Positions 1 to 22,376 of a DNA stretch of 64,000 nucleotides are shown piece by piece. The stretch lies in assembly GCF_009914755.1 (NCBI RefSeq), contig NC_060925.1. One strand, 5' to 3'. The notes under the pieces are model-generated. The model saw only the letters and a program-made list of their open reading frames with translations, was not told where the DNA came from and ran no database searches. This stretch comes from the human T2T-CHM13v2.0 reference genome, Homo sapiens. Made by a program: the position numbers and the translations under genes. Each line of letters starts with the position of its first letter. Within the stretch, counting starts at the first letter, position 1.

Positions 1-544
1 GCCTGCTGCACAGTAGCTTAGCAATATTGTGAGACAGCAGGGTTTGCAGCAGAGAGTTTAATGATCACAGGGTGGCTGAATGAGAAGTTAGGAGGAGATC
101 CTCAAATTCATCACCCCAAGGAGTACTGAGCATTTCCAGTGGATCCTGGATAGCAAGGGACTGGAAAGTTGGGGTAGCGGTAAGAGGGAAGAAGTCAACA
201 GGATCTAGAAACTGCATTCTTTGCGTTAGTGCCTTGCAGGGCCCATTTAGATGAGCTGGCATCAGTAGTTTCACTGACATGCAGAATCTGAAAGAATATG
301 TCAAATGAAAAAAGTTAATGTTTCACAATGCTTAAATTGTTGTCTGCAGGGAAGTTAAGGGGAACTGTAATCTAAGGTCTATATGATTTTGGAACAGTAG
401 GCTGCCAGCAACCATAAGGAACCAGGTCAGAGAGCAAGCTGACCTCCTGATGAATGCTGAATGTGTTGCAAGCTTGGTTTATTTTTGTTTCTCCCCCTCC
501 CTTCTTCACTGATTAAATTGATGAAGTTTATAGTTGTGGTTTCA
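1..544 (-). mobile_element. ERV1-type (MER4-group-like) solo LTR, partial; paralogs at about 41280-41849 and 49972-50549
   Basis: The reverse complement starts TGAAACC...AAACCAAGCTTGC..CATTCAGCATT, which resembles MER4-group LTRs. The 49972-50549 copy has TG...CA ends. Confidence 0.55.
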
Positions 545-914
545 ATTTCTTCCAAAGAAGCCTTAACCTAAGCCCTGAGACCACTCACGCCCTCAGTGGC
601 ACCTCTCCTCCACCAGAACGAGCATATAATCTGCTACCTTAGGTTATATAAAATCCCCAAGACCATTCGATAAATTGAGATTTTTATTCTGATTTTGTAG
701 GGATGACTCCTCTGTTTTTATAAAGCTTTTTAAAGTATAAAGCATTTTTATATTTTGATGTGGCCAAAGATCTCCTAACAACACTGCTTTCAGATTTTAT
801 TTTTCTGTCTAATGTCGTTAACAGATCAAATCCTTCCCTGCCTCACACTCAAGACTATGAAGTTCACATATTAGTAAAGTTCCATCAGTGTTTGTGGAGT
901 TCATGAATGAATTA

Positions 915-1216
<302 letters not shown>

Positions 1217-1269
1217 TGAATGAATGTATTCTTGACTTCTACCCTATCCCTAACACTGACAATTTCTTG

Positions 1270-1574
1270 CTTCATGAACTGAATATAGATATGTGATATG
1301 AATGGACATCTGATGCAATCCATTAATCTGGGGAGAGCCAAAAACCCAATCAGGATTAACTGGGTGGAGCTTCAGAAATGCAATCAGATATCACTTTTTG
1401 ATTGGAAGCTAGCAGCGGATACGTGGAGGGGCGTGGGTGGGAGTTGTGATTAGAAAGGTCAATAAAAGCTTCTAAAGACCCACAGGAGAGACCCAAAGTC
1501 TTCAAGTCTGGAGTACCTGCCTGGTTCTTCCTGAGGTCTGAGCACCTTCTAGACTACATCCAGATCTGGTAAGT
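1270..1574 (+). promoter_or_regulatory. PRAMEF promoter and non-coding exon 1, copy A (donor CTG|GTAAGT, GT at 1569)
   Basis: CCAATCA motifs, GC box GGGGCGTGGG at 1428-1437, TATA-like AATAAAA at 1461-1467, then a short exon ending in a consensus donor. The same module lies upstream of every PRAMEF copy in the window. Confidence 0.75.
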
Positions 1575-1785
1575 CACTAATTTCTGTAAGGACACTCCCA
1601 TCTGACCTACAGTCAGCTGGTCTGGGATGTTGACACTGCAGCCTACGATGGCACAGAAGTGTATCCTGTCTTTTTTTTTTTTATATGAACAATTTAAAGC
1701 TTGAATGTTTTCCTCTAAATACAGTTCTGTCTTTATTTCAAAAAAGTTGATCGTTCTTTGGTTGATGTCGTTTCAAAATTCTTGA

Positions 1786-2640
1786 AGGGAGCAGTGACTC
1801 ATGCCTTTAACCCCAACACTTTGGGAGGCCAAAGTGGGAGGATCATTTCAGCCCAGGGGTTTGAGACCAACCTGGGCAACATGGCAGAAACCCTCCTCTA
1901 CACAACGTTATTTTTTTTGTGAGGACGGGGATGGAGTCTCACTGTGTTGCCCAGACTGGAGTGCAGTGGCACGATCTCAACTCACTGCAACCTTTACCTT
2001 CCAGGTTCAAGCAATTCTCATGCCTCAGTCTCCATCCTCAGAAGCTGGTGTCAGCCATCTGCCACCATGCCTGGCTAATTTTTGCATTTTTAGTAGAGCG
2101 GGTGTTTCACCGTGCTGGCCAGGTTGGTCTCCAACACCTGACCTCAAGTGATCCACCTGCCTTGGCCTCCCAAACTGCTGGGATTAGAGCCGTGAGCCAC
2201 TGGTGCTCGGCCTCTACTTTTTTTTTTTTTAATTAGCCGGGCATGGTGGCATGCATCTGTAGTCCCAGCTATTTGGGTGACTGGTGTGGGAGAATCACTT
2301 TAGCCCAGAAGATTGAGGCTGCAGTGAGCCATGCTCACACCACTGCTGTACTCCAGCCTGGGCAAAAGAGAGAGACCCTGTCCAAAAAACAAAAACAAAA
2401 TCTTAACAAAAAAGGATCTTCGACCTTAATTTTAAACCAATCACATCCTCTCGGTAATTCTTCCACCTGAATGGAGACATGGGTGTGGGGTGCATGCCTG
2501 TAATCCCAGCTACGTGGAAGCCTGAAGCATGAGAATTGCTTGAATCTCAGAGGCGGAGGTTACAATGAGCTGAGATGGCGCCGCTGCACTCCAGCATGGG
2601 GCAAAAAGTTAGACTCAGCTTCCCCCACACCAAAAAAATT
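1786..2640. mobile_element. Nested Alu cluster (sense Alu split by an antisense Alu, plus a right monomer); repeated at about 3945-4780 and 51805-52670
   Basis: Alu consensus motifs in both orientations. Confidence 0.85.
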
Positions 2641-2960
2641 AGATTATACCACCCAGGTGATCACTGGATACATGAAGATTTCTATTGTGTTTTCTTGGGG
2701 ACTGTCATCTCTGTCTTTGTAAAACGTTTTAACTCTGAAATATTTCGATAAATTTGATGTGGCCAAGGATCCCTCAACAAAGGTACTTTCAAGTTTTTTC
2801 TTTTCTCTAATGTCAGGAAGAGATTCAACCCTTCCCTCTCTCACACTCAGGACTTTGAAGGACACATATTAGTAAAACTCCATGTTTATGGAGTGAATCA
2901 CTGAATGAGTCCTGGACTTTCACCCTATCCCTAATTCTTTCACTTCGATGGATGAATATC

Positions 2961-2971
2961 TAACTCAATCA
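2961..2971 (+). promoter_or_regulatory. DUX4-consensus site TAACTCAATCA
   Basis: Exact match to TAAYYYAATCA, inside a partial copy of the promoter-upstream module. PRAMEFs are established DUX4 targets. Confidence 0.6.
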
Positions 2972-3052
2972 GTAAATCTGGAAGAAAGCCAAAAATCCAA
3001 TCAGGATTAACTGGGTAGAGTTTAAGAAGTCAAATCAAATGTACAAATGTAG

Positions 3053-3728
<676 letters not shown>

Positions 3729-5110
3729 CATTAATTTCTGTAAGGACACTCCCATCTGACCTACAGTCAGCTGGTCTGGGATGGTGACAGTGCAGCCTAC
3801 GATGGCACAGAGCTATATCCTGTCCTTTTTTTTTTTCATATGAACAATTTGAAGCTTTGAATGTTTTCCTCTAAATACAGTTCTGTCTTTATTTCAAAAA
3901 AGTTGATTGTGCTTTGGTTTAGGTCATTTCAAAATTCTTGAAGGGAGCAGTGACTCATGCCTTTAACCCCAACACTTTGGGAGGCCAAAGTGGGAGGATC
4001 ATTTCAGCCCAGGGGTTTGATACCAACCTGGGCAACATGACAAAAACCCTCCTCTACACAACGTTTTTTTTTTTTTGAGGATGGGGATGGAGTCTCGCTG
4101 TGTTGCCCAGACTGGAGTGCAGTGGCACGATCTCAACTCACTGTAACCTTTACCTCCCAGGTTCAAGCAATTCTCATGCATCAGTCTCCATACAGAGAAG
4201 CTGGTATAACAGTCATCTGAAACCATGCCTGGCTAATTTTTGTATTTTTAGTAGGGGCGGGGGTTTCACCATGCTGGCCAGTTTGGTCTCAAACGCCTGA
4301 CCTCAAGTGATCCACCTGCCTTGGCCTCCCAAAATGCTGGGATTAGAGCCATGAGCCACTGGTGCTCGGCCTCTACTTTTTTTTTTTTTTTAATTAGCTG
4401 GGCATGGTGGCATGCATCTGTAGCCCCAGCTATTTGGGTGGCTGGTGTGGGAGAATCACTTTAGCCCAGAAGATTGAGGATGCAGTGAGCCATGCTCACA
4501 CCACTGCTGTACTCCAGCCTGGGCAAAAGAGAGAGACCCTGTCCAAAAAACAAAAGCAACATCTTAACAAAAAAGGATCTTTGACCTTAATTTTAAAGCA
4601 ATCACATCCTCTTCCACCCAAATGGAGACATGAGTGTGGGGGTGCATGCCTGTAATCCCAGCTACGTGGAAGACTGAAGCATGAGAATTGCTTGAATCTT
4701 GGAGGCTGAGGTAACAGTGAGCCGAGATGGCACCACTGCACTCCAGCCTGGGCAACGAAGTGAGACTCAGCTCCCTCAACACCAAGAAGAATTATGCCAC
4801 CCAGGTAATCACTGGATATATGAAGATTACTATTGTGTTTTCTTAGGAACTGTCATCTCTGTCTTTGTAAAACTGTTTTAACTCTGAAATATTTTGAGAA
4901 ATTTGATGTGACCAAGGATCCCTCTACAGATACTTTCAAGTTTTCTTTCTTTCTGTCTAATATCAGGAAGAGATTCAACCCTTCCCTGTCTCACACTCAG
5001 GACTGTGAAGGACACATATTAGTAAAACTCCACGTTTGTGGAGTGAATCAGTGAATGAGTCTTGGACTTTCACCCTATCCCTAAATCTTTCATTTTGATG
5101 GATGAATATC

Positions 5111-5121
5111 TAATTCAATCA
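5111..5121 (+). promoter_or_regulatory. DUX4-consensus site TAATTCAATCA (PRAMEF intron 1)
   Basis: Exact consensus match; paralogous to 2961-2971 and 52994-53004. Confidence 0.6.
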
Positions 5122-5570
5122 GTTAATCTGGAAGAAAGCCAAAAATCCAATCAGGATTAACTGGGTAGAGATTAAGAAGTCTAATCAAATGTAGCTCTCT
5201 CTCTCTTTTGAATCTAGCCTATTTCCCAGGCTGGAGTGGAGTGGTATAATGTCAGCTCACCGCAACTTCTGCCTCCTGGGTTCAAGTGATCCTCCTGCCT
5301 CAGCCTCCCTAGTAGCTTGGACTACAGGCGCAGACCACTGCACCTGGCTAATTTTTGCTGGCTTAGTAGAGGTAGGGTTTTACCATGTTGGCCAGGCTCG
5401 TCTTGAACTCCTGATCTCAGATGATCCACCTGCCTTGGCCTCACAAAATGCTCAGATTACGGGTGAGTCACTGCACCCAGCCAAAGTGGTTGATTTTGAA
5501 TATGTGCGAGAGGTGTGTATTGGAATCATCTATCTTGCGAATGATGCATAACAGTGTCACATAGCTTTCA

Positions 5571-6060
<490 letters not shown>

Positions 6061-6378
6061 ATAGAACCTGTTCTAGGGATGCCCCATGAATGTTCCCAAC
6101 AAGCTTATTTGTAGGAACTGAAATTGTGGGCATGTAGGCTTGTGACACTCCCTTTCCCATTGTTTTAGAACCTTGAGTAATTAGTAATTTCCCCCAATGG
6201 TCGGAGGGGTTTGCTTTCAGCTTCCTCCACACTCACTAGTCACTGGATGGAGCACTGGATAGAAAGGAAGGGCTAGTTGTGGCCCTGCCTCCTCACTGCT
6301 TCGGAGACGCTCATGCTGATGCAGCAGAGGCAGAATGCTGGCTTAATGGCCACTGAGTACTGAGTAGAATTGGAGTAA

Positions 6379-10371
<3,993 letters not shown>

Positions 10372-10683
10372 ATGCCTGCCTATTTGGATGGGTATGTCAA
10401 ACGCTTTCTTCTGGACACTTGGAAACTAAAACCTAGGTCTTAGGTACATCCTAAAGGGAGCACAGAACCCATCGTTTCACACATGGGCTCTGAAAGTGGG
10501 AAAGGAATGCTGATCAAGCAGGGGCAGGACTTGGGGGAAATGTTGCCATGGATTCGATGGGACTTTGGGAACGTGTATCCTGTAGAGTCGAAAATGGGAA
10601 TCTGAATGTCTAGAGTGGAATTCAGGCTTGAGAATACATGAGAGAGTTACTCTTGCATGGATGGTTGTAAAGAAACAATCAGA

Positions 10684-10689
10684 AATAAA
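10684..10689 (+). terminator. Candidate polyadenylation signal AATAAA of the PRAMEF gene
   Basis: First AATAAA after the stop codon, about 310 nt downstream. Confidence 0.5.
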
Positions 10690-10884
10690 GGAAAACTGAG
10701 CAGAATCTGTCTGGTGCCCTCTATTATTAAGTAACCTGTTTTCCAGTTTAAGCCTCAGGAATCTTCAGTTATTGATGGAAAAAACAAAAGGCACTGACTG
10801 AGTTGTCCAATCAATAAGATGCAGCCCAAGAAAATCAAGGCATTTAAATGAAATTTGGTTATTGTAATCACTTTCCTCCCATTC

Positions 10885-14470
<3,586 letters not shown>

Positions 14471-14479
14471 TATTTTTTT

Positions 14480-15150
14480 CTTTATAGCAGTTTTAGATTC
14501 ACAGAAAAACTAAGCAGAAACTGCAGAGTTCTCATCTACCTTCTTCCCCCTTCAATACACAGCACCCCCACAGGATCAGCACCCACACCAGCACAGAGCA
14601 TTCGTCACAACCAATGAGCCACAGGGACACATCATTATCACCCAATGTCCATAGTTCACATGAAGGATCATTGCTGGTTTTGTATATTCTATGGATTTTA
14701 ACAAAGGGATAATGACATGTATCCACCATTAGAGCATCATGGAGAGTAGTTTTGTTTCCTTAAAAGTCCTCTGTCCTCTTTCCATTCATCCCATTGTACT
14801 CCAAATCCCTCGCAACCAGTGGGTTTTCTACCATCTCCATAGAAAAAGGCAGAAGGCTTTTCTGGAATGTCTAACAGGATGAGTCTTTTCACATTGCCTT
14901 CTTTCACTTGTACAATAACGTGCATTTAGGAATCTTTCATGTCTTTTTATGGCTTCGTAATAGTTCACTGACCAGATGGATCACAGTTTCTTTATCCAGT
15001 CACCCACTGAAGGGCATCTTTCTTGCTTCCAAGTTTTGGCGATTATGAATAAAGCTGCTATAAACATCCAGGTGTGGGTTTACTCCCTTCGTTAAATACC
15101 TGGGAGCATGATGACTGAATCGTAGGGGTATGGTATGTTTTACAAGGATT
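14480..15150 (-). mobile_element. Old L1M 3' fragment
   Basis: Resembles antisense L1MC/MD 3' sequence (TTAGATTCACAGAAAAA..AGCAGAAA; TTATGAATAAAGCTGCTATAAACAT). Confidence 0.65.
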
Positions 15151-15350
15151 TTTTCTTTCTTGACAATCTCACTTGTTCGATATTGCTGCTAAAGGTCAGG
15201 AACTTTGTCTCGCTCATCCTGTGGTCCCACTGCTGAGCATGGAACGTGGCACTTGGTAGCAAATGCTGTTGACCACATGATGCATGGAAATGCTTATCAT
15301 CAGTATAGCCACTAAATTGCTAACGTGGGGACGTCAACAGTAGCTCACTA

Positions 15351-15692
<342 letters not shown>

Positions 15693-15729
15693 CTAGGCAA
15701 CAGAGTGAGATACCGTATCAAAAAAAGAA

Positions 15730-15770
<41 letters not shown>

Positions 15771-16024
15771 AAGAAAGAAAAACAAAATGAAACAAAACAA
15801 GAAAGTCCAGCATGGTAGGAGGTACATAGAGGTACATGAGGGCGAGCTTCATTTGTTTTTCATCCTTTTTCCCTTCTCTGGACAGTATTCTGAATGCAAA
15901 ACATTCCAAAACCACAGAGCAAACATCTCCTATAATCTTCCCCTTATCCCAGACTTCTCTTCACAGTGTATGTGCTAGTGTCTTCCAGACTTTTGTATGA
16001 CTTGCTATACAGAAGATCAGATCA

Positions 16025-16835
16025 AATGGGCATGTCCCTAAAAAGTGGTGACTTGCCAGTTCTGGACTCACTTTGCAGGGTGCCGGGACCTCTGTGAGAA
16101 TCAAGCAGTAGCTCCAGGAGCCAGGGCTTTGGGTCTCTTCTGTGCACCTTCAGGAGCTTTTATTGACCTTTCTCACTACAACCCCCTTCTTGACTACCAA
16201 CTTCCAATTCGAAAACGACATCCAACTGGATCGTGAACTTCCACCCAGTTAACCCTGATTGAGTTTTCAATTTTCTTCTCATGAAGTGATTAAATTAGAT
16301 AGGCATTTATGAAAGTGAAAGAAGTAATAACAGGATGAAGGTCTAAAACTCATTTATTCACTTATTCCACAAACACTGGTAAAGTTTGACTAATATGTGA
16401 CCTTCATAGTGATACAGGGAAGGATTTAATCTGTTTCTGACATTAGAATATATATATATCTTTATTGGAGAATCTTTGGCCACATCAAAAGTATCAAAAC
16501 ATTTCAGCATTAAAGCAGCTTTAAGAAGACAGGGATGTCATCCCTAAAAAACACAATAAAAATCTCTGTGTATCCACTGGGCACCTGGGTTTTATGCTAC
16601 CTAACATGGTAGATCATATGCCCATTCAGGTGGAAGACAGGAACTACTGAGGGTGTAATTTTTCTCAAGGTTAAGGTCAAGGTTTCACTGAAAGAAATCA
16701 GGCCTACATTACAAAGTAAGGTGAGGGCTGGGCTGGATGGGACTAAGTGTTCTAATGGGACCCTAGGAGGGAACCAAGACAACATAAAACATGGCAGGTA
16801 TTTTGTGGGCATCTGGACAAAAGGATTGAAAGACT
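16025..16835 (-). promoter_or_regulatory. Orphan PRAMEF promoter/exon-1 module with a DUX4 site (16287-16297) and a GC-type donor
   Basis: Collinear with 32480-33300. Contains TGATTAAATTA; the donor reads CTG|GCAAGT. No PRAMEF exons follow it. Confidence 0.65.
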
Positions 16836-19818
16836 TTTTTTTTTTTTAGATTGGGTGTCACCCAGGGTGGTGTGCAGTGTTGCAATCTTGACCTACTGCA
16901 ACCTCTGCCTCCCAGGCTCAAGCAATCATCCCCTCTCAGCCTTCTGAGTAGCTGGAACTTCCAGCACGTGGCAGCATACCTGGCTAATATTTTGTATTTC
17001 ATGCAGAGAAAAGATTTTACCACATTTCCTGGGCTAGTCTCAGAATTCCTGGACTCAAGTGAACCATGGTGCCCAGCAATGTTATTGTGATTTTAAATGA
17101 CAGATTTTGCTTTGTTTTTAAGAAAACCACAGAGATATTCCATATGCTATTTTCTTTTCTTTTTTTTTTTTAATTTTGAAATGAAGTCTCACTCTGTCAC
17201 TCAGGCTGGGGTGCAATGGCATGATCTCAGCTCACTGCAACCTCCACCTCCCAAATTCAAGTGATTCTTCTGCCTCAGCCTCCTGCGTAGCTGAGATTAC
17301 AGGTGCGAGCCAACACACCCAGCTAATTTTTGTATTTTTAGTAGGGTTGGGGTTTCACCATATTGGCCTCACTGGTCACGAACTCCTAACCTCAGATGAT
17401 CCACCTGCCTTGGCCTCCCAAAGTGCTGGGATTACAGGCATGAACCACCATGCCCCATCATATATGCTATTTTCTATTAATTTTTTTAATAGTGATGGGG
17501 TCTTGCTTTACTACGTAGTCTGGTCTTGAGGCAGAAATTTAAACACAATAATAACAATAAATACTACATTCATTTACTCCAAGAAAAGTTACAGACAAAG
17601 CTATAAGAAGGTCATAGTGACCTAGTCTGAGAAGTAAAAGCCAAGGCCCAGAATGTGTCAGGCAAAGGTAAAACAAACAAACAAACAAACAAAAAACAAG
17701 TTTTCCTCTGCCTAGCAAGCTCATTTCAAGGACAGTTATAAGATAATGCTGTTGGAGAAGTTGAAAGAAAGGAATAGGCTCCAGACACCCACTGCTCCAG
17801 AGCAAGGGTGATTAAAAAAAAGAAAGAAAAATGGCAAATGTCTGTATTTAGCCAGTTCTTCTTTTTTCTTTTGATGCAGCTACAAGGCCACCAGCTATGC
17901 AAGGCCACAGTTATGTAATAGATTACATTACCTGTCATTGTATGATTAACTGCCATTGTTTTGCTTCTGTAAGCCTGCTTATAAAAATCCTGCTCAGTCT
18001 TTGTTCAATGCTCAGCTTTTTGGATATGAATCCACTGAGCCAGTGTGTACCTTAAAAAAAAAAATCCTCCTGTTTTCCCATATCAGTCTCTCTGGTCCTC
18101 AGTTTCTCAGAACTTTTTGGTGAGCCAGACAGGAGGAGTGGAGATGACAGGTTTACTTTCTCCTTTTCTTGTGGGGCTGGAGCCCAGGGTCAAGGGAAAG
18201 AAACCTGTGACCCCAGGCGCTGCTGGAAGAACTTCAGCCCAGAGGGGAGATCGGCTCTCCTGTGACCTGGTGCCCCCACCCAGCAGCACAACAGAACCTG
18301 AGGGGCTACAGGATGATTCCAGGAGCAGTGTGATTTCTTCAGGACTGCAGTAAAGTTTTGGGACCAAAGACAGGATCCGTCCCATAAGGACGGAAGGGGA
18401 GCCTGATCACCTCCAAGGGTGTAACTAGTAATCTGACCCAGAGAGGCTGGAGGTGGTGACAGAGGCTCGCCAATTCAGATGAATCTCACACCCTACCTGG
18501 CACACAATGCAAGAGTGGCTCCCCAAGTCGGTTAGGAAAAGAAAACTGGAGGTGGTGAGAGTGGCTCACAACCCCAATTAGGAACACACGAACTGGGAGT
18601 GGGGAGGTGTGTGAAAGTGTGTGAAAGATACAGTTCAGGGAGGAACCAATGTGGGAGTGGCATGGGGAGTCACAGATCTCTTAGCATGGTCTGTGTGCTC
18701 CAAGCCAAGTGTGGGGCCAACCTGCACTAGTGGCGAACCGCATACAGCTAATAGGAGCTGCCCCACATCTCAGAGTTATGGTGGGAATAAAACCCTTTCT
18801 TAAGCCAAGTGGCATCTGAAAACTCCCATAATAGGAGATGATCTGGTGGGACTGAGGCAAAAGGAAGAGTGGGTGTGCTGCATCGTAAAGCGAGGAAATA
18901 GGAGGAAAGTCATCAAAACACACTCCATTGGGTGCATGTTAGAGAACTTTAATAAAGGTTTTGCAGGAGATTATGGAGTTACGCTAACCTCCTAGAGGTT
19001 GAGAACTCTCTGTGAATTCAAATGGCCTTCTTTTGGTGTTGGATGGCCAACCAAAGGAACTATAGATAGGGAAATAATTGACCGTGTATTTAAGGTGGTG
19101 ACAGGGGTTGGAGGACAGCCTGGGCACCCAGATCAATTTCCTTATATTGACTTATGGTTAAATATAGCACAGACAAGACCAGCATGGTCCAGCTCTGTTT
19201 AGCCAGTTAGTGCAAAACACTTGTGGCCAGAGCCGTGCCAAAAATGAAAGTAAGAACAGCTTCACCGGCAGACACAGAGTTAAAGGCAAAGTCCCAGAGG
19301 GAGCAAAAAAGCCAGTTTTGCAGGATCCACCAGAGGGAATAGAGATTCCTACTCCATATGTCCCAGCCTAGCCTTCTTTACCGAGGCCAACAGTCCCCCA
19401 GGAACCAGATTCAGGAGCTAGCACACCCAAAGTCTCACCCCAAAGGAAGGATCAGAGGCTTGAGAGGCCAGGGAAGGAAGTCAAGATGGTTAAGCCGGCC
19501 ATCTCAGATCTAGCCATGCTTGAGTTATGCAAATGCATCTCAGGGAGATGGGAGGACCCATTTATTATGATGACCAAGGCCAAGTCAGGTGGGGGGAATG
19601 GACTTTCATCTATCATCCCTTTTCAACCATTGATCTCTTGAACTGGAAACACCATACTCCCTCCTATATGGCAAAGCCCCAAGCTCTTATAGATCTGATG
19701 CAATCCATCTTTCTGACACACAATCCAACCTGGCCAGACTGCAGGCAGTTTTTTCTCCCACTGTTTAACACTGAGGAGTGTCGGAGAGTAACACAGGCAA
19801 CTCTCTGCTGGCTAGAAG

Positions 19819-19926
19819 CCCGCTGTTCTCTCTCTACACTTTGTCTCTGTGTCTTATTTCTTTTCTCAGTCTCTCACCCCACTTGATGAGGTATACCCAC
19901 AGGTGTGGAGGGGCTGGCCCCCTTCC
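19819..19926 (+). mobile_element. HERV-K(HML-2) LTR5 3' (U5) fragment between gag and pol
   Basis: CTTTGTCTCTGTGTCTTATTTCTTTTC..ATACCCACAGGTGTGGAGGGGCTGGCCCCCTTC matches the end of the LTR at 45269-45400 read on the minus strand. Confidence 0.8.
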
Positions 19927-22067
19927 TTTAGGGGCAGCAGGATTCTGCCACATCTGGATTCCAAATTTTTCAGTGATGGCTAAGACATTATATGAAGCCA
20001 CAAAATCGGAGAAAAAGAGCCCCTCCTTTGGGAAACTAATCAGGAAATAGCATTCAAACAGCTCAAGGAAGCTTTAGGTCAGGCCCAACCTTAGGACTAC
20101 CAGATATAATTAAGCCTCTCTTTCTATGTATTCATGAATGAAAAGGAATGGTTATAGGGGTTCTGACTCAAATTATAGCATCATGGCATTGCCCAGTGGC
20201 GTATTTATACAAACAACTGGACTCTGTGGTGCTAGGATGGTCTCCTTGCCTTAAGGCATTAGCTGCCACCATCTTGTTAACACAAGAAGCTAGCAAATTA
20301 ACTCTGGGACAGCAGCTAACTGTGCGGGTGCCACACTCAGTTATAACTTTGATGGACCAAAGAGGGCATCTTTGGTTATCAAACCCAAAAATGACTCAGG
20401 TCTTCCTTGTGAGAACCCTTACATTATTTTAGAAACAGTGAACACCTTAAACCTGGCTCCTCTGCTCCCAGTCTAACCGGGGGCTCCCCTCCATGACTGT
20501 GTTGCAACAGTAGATGAGGTGTTCTCCAGTCGGAAAGATCTTGCAGACAGACCTCAGAGACCCGGCTTTTGAATACTTCACAGATGGAAGTAGTTTTGTG
20601 CTAGAAGGGGTTCAAGATGCCAGGTATGCAGTAATAACATTGGACTTAGTAGTAGATGCTCTGCCTCTGCCTACTGGAACATGAGCTCAAAAGGCAGAAT
20701 TAATAGCCCTGACAAGAGCACTGTTTCTAGCAAAAGAGAAGAAGGTCAATATTTACACTGATTCTAAGTATGCTTTTACTACATTGCATGTACATGAAGT
20801 TATAGACAAAGAGAAAGGGCTTTTAACAGCTGGAGGCAAAGAAATCAAGTACAAAGAAGAGATTCTACAGCTCTTAGAGGCTGTATGGCCTCCAGGAAAA
20901 GTAGCTTTAATGCACTGCAGATGGCACCAAAAGTCAGGGACACCAAAAACCAAAAGAAACAGAAAGGCAGACAGAGAGGCAAAGAGGGGAGCAATGATTG
21001 CATCACATTTTAAAGAGGAAGCCTTAGCTATGCTTCTCCTCCCAGAAGCTCCTCTCCAAGAAGATCCAAGTTCTACTCCAAATGAAAGAGCCTGGTTTGC
21101 TCAAGAAGCTGGAAAATATATTAAAGGAGGGTGGTGGAAATTCTTCAATGGGACATTAGCCATTCCAGAAATGTTAGCTCCTACGTTTCTGAAGCAAATT
21201 TATCTAGGAACTCATATGGGAAAAAATGGCACTGGAAACATTACTGAAATGCTGTTTCTATGTGCCGTGGCCATCATTTGAGCTGTTTGTAAACAATGTT
21301 TAACCTGTGCTCAGAACAACCCGTGACAGGGGCCCACTCAACCCCCAAGAATTCAGGAAGTAGGAACCATGCCTTGTGAAAACTTTCTTGTAGACTTTAC
21401 CAAACTACCCCATGCCGGAGGCTATCAGTATATGCTGGTGCTTATTTACACCTTTTCAGGATGGGTTGAAGCTTTCCCCACCAGAACAGAAAAAGCATGA
21501 GAAGTGACTAAAGTACTGCTAAGAGACATCATCCCCATGCTTGGACTGCCTCTAACTTTAGGGTCCGTTAATTGCACGGCATTTGTAGCTGAAATAGTGC
21601 AAGATTTAACAAGACTGTTAAAAATAAAATGGAAGTTACACACAGCCTATCAGCCGCAAAGTTCAGAAAAAGTGGAATGCATGAACCAGACACTCAAGGA
21701 GCTTCTGAAGAAATATTTCCAGGAAACCTATCTGAGATGGGATCAGGTCTTGCCTATGGTCCTCCTCTGAGTCAGGTGCACCCTCACCAAACAAACTGGG
21801 TATTTGCCCTATGAGATTTTGTTCAGTCAGCCTCCCCCAGTCATAAGTCAAATTAAAGGTTATCTCCTTGAACTAAGAGAATTAACCTTAAGAAAGCAAA
21901 TGCAGGCATTAGGGACAGACTTGCAAAGTGTCCATGGGTGGGTACAGGAAAGAATGCCTGTAAGCCTGACAGACCAGACACACCCCTTTAAACCTAGTGA
22001 CTCTGAGTTAAAAAGTTGAATTAAATTCTCTAGGACCCATATGGGATGGGCCCTATACTGTAACCTT

Positions 22068-22376
22068 TTTTTTTTTTTTTTTTTTTGTTGATGCAGAGTC
22101 TTGCTCTGTCCCCCAGGCTGGAGTGCAGTGGTATGATCTCAGCTCACTGCAAGCTCTGCCTCCTGGGGGTCGCACCATTCTCTTGCCTCAGCCTCCCAGG
22201 TAGCTGGGACTACAGGTGCCCGCCACCATGCGTGGGTAATTTTTGTATTTTTTTTTTTAATAGAGATGAGGTTTCACCGTGTTAGCCAGGATGCTCTCCA
22301 TCTCCCAACCTCGTGATCCACCCGCCTCGGGCTCTGAAAGTGCTGGGATTACAGGCATGAGCCAACACACCCAGCC
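22068..22376 (-). mobile_element. Alu inserted in the ERV integrase region, with TSD CTATACTGTAA(C/T)CTT
   Basis: TSD copies at about 22053-22067 and 22377-22391. Confidence 0.9.

Noticed and set aside
1461-1467. AATAAA as a poly(A) signal
   Set aside because: It lies just after a GC box and before a donor-terminated exon in the module copies, which fits a TATA-like element better.
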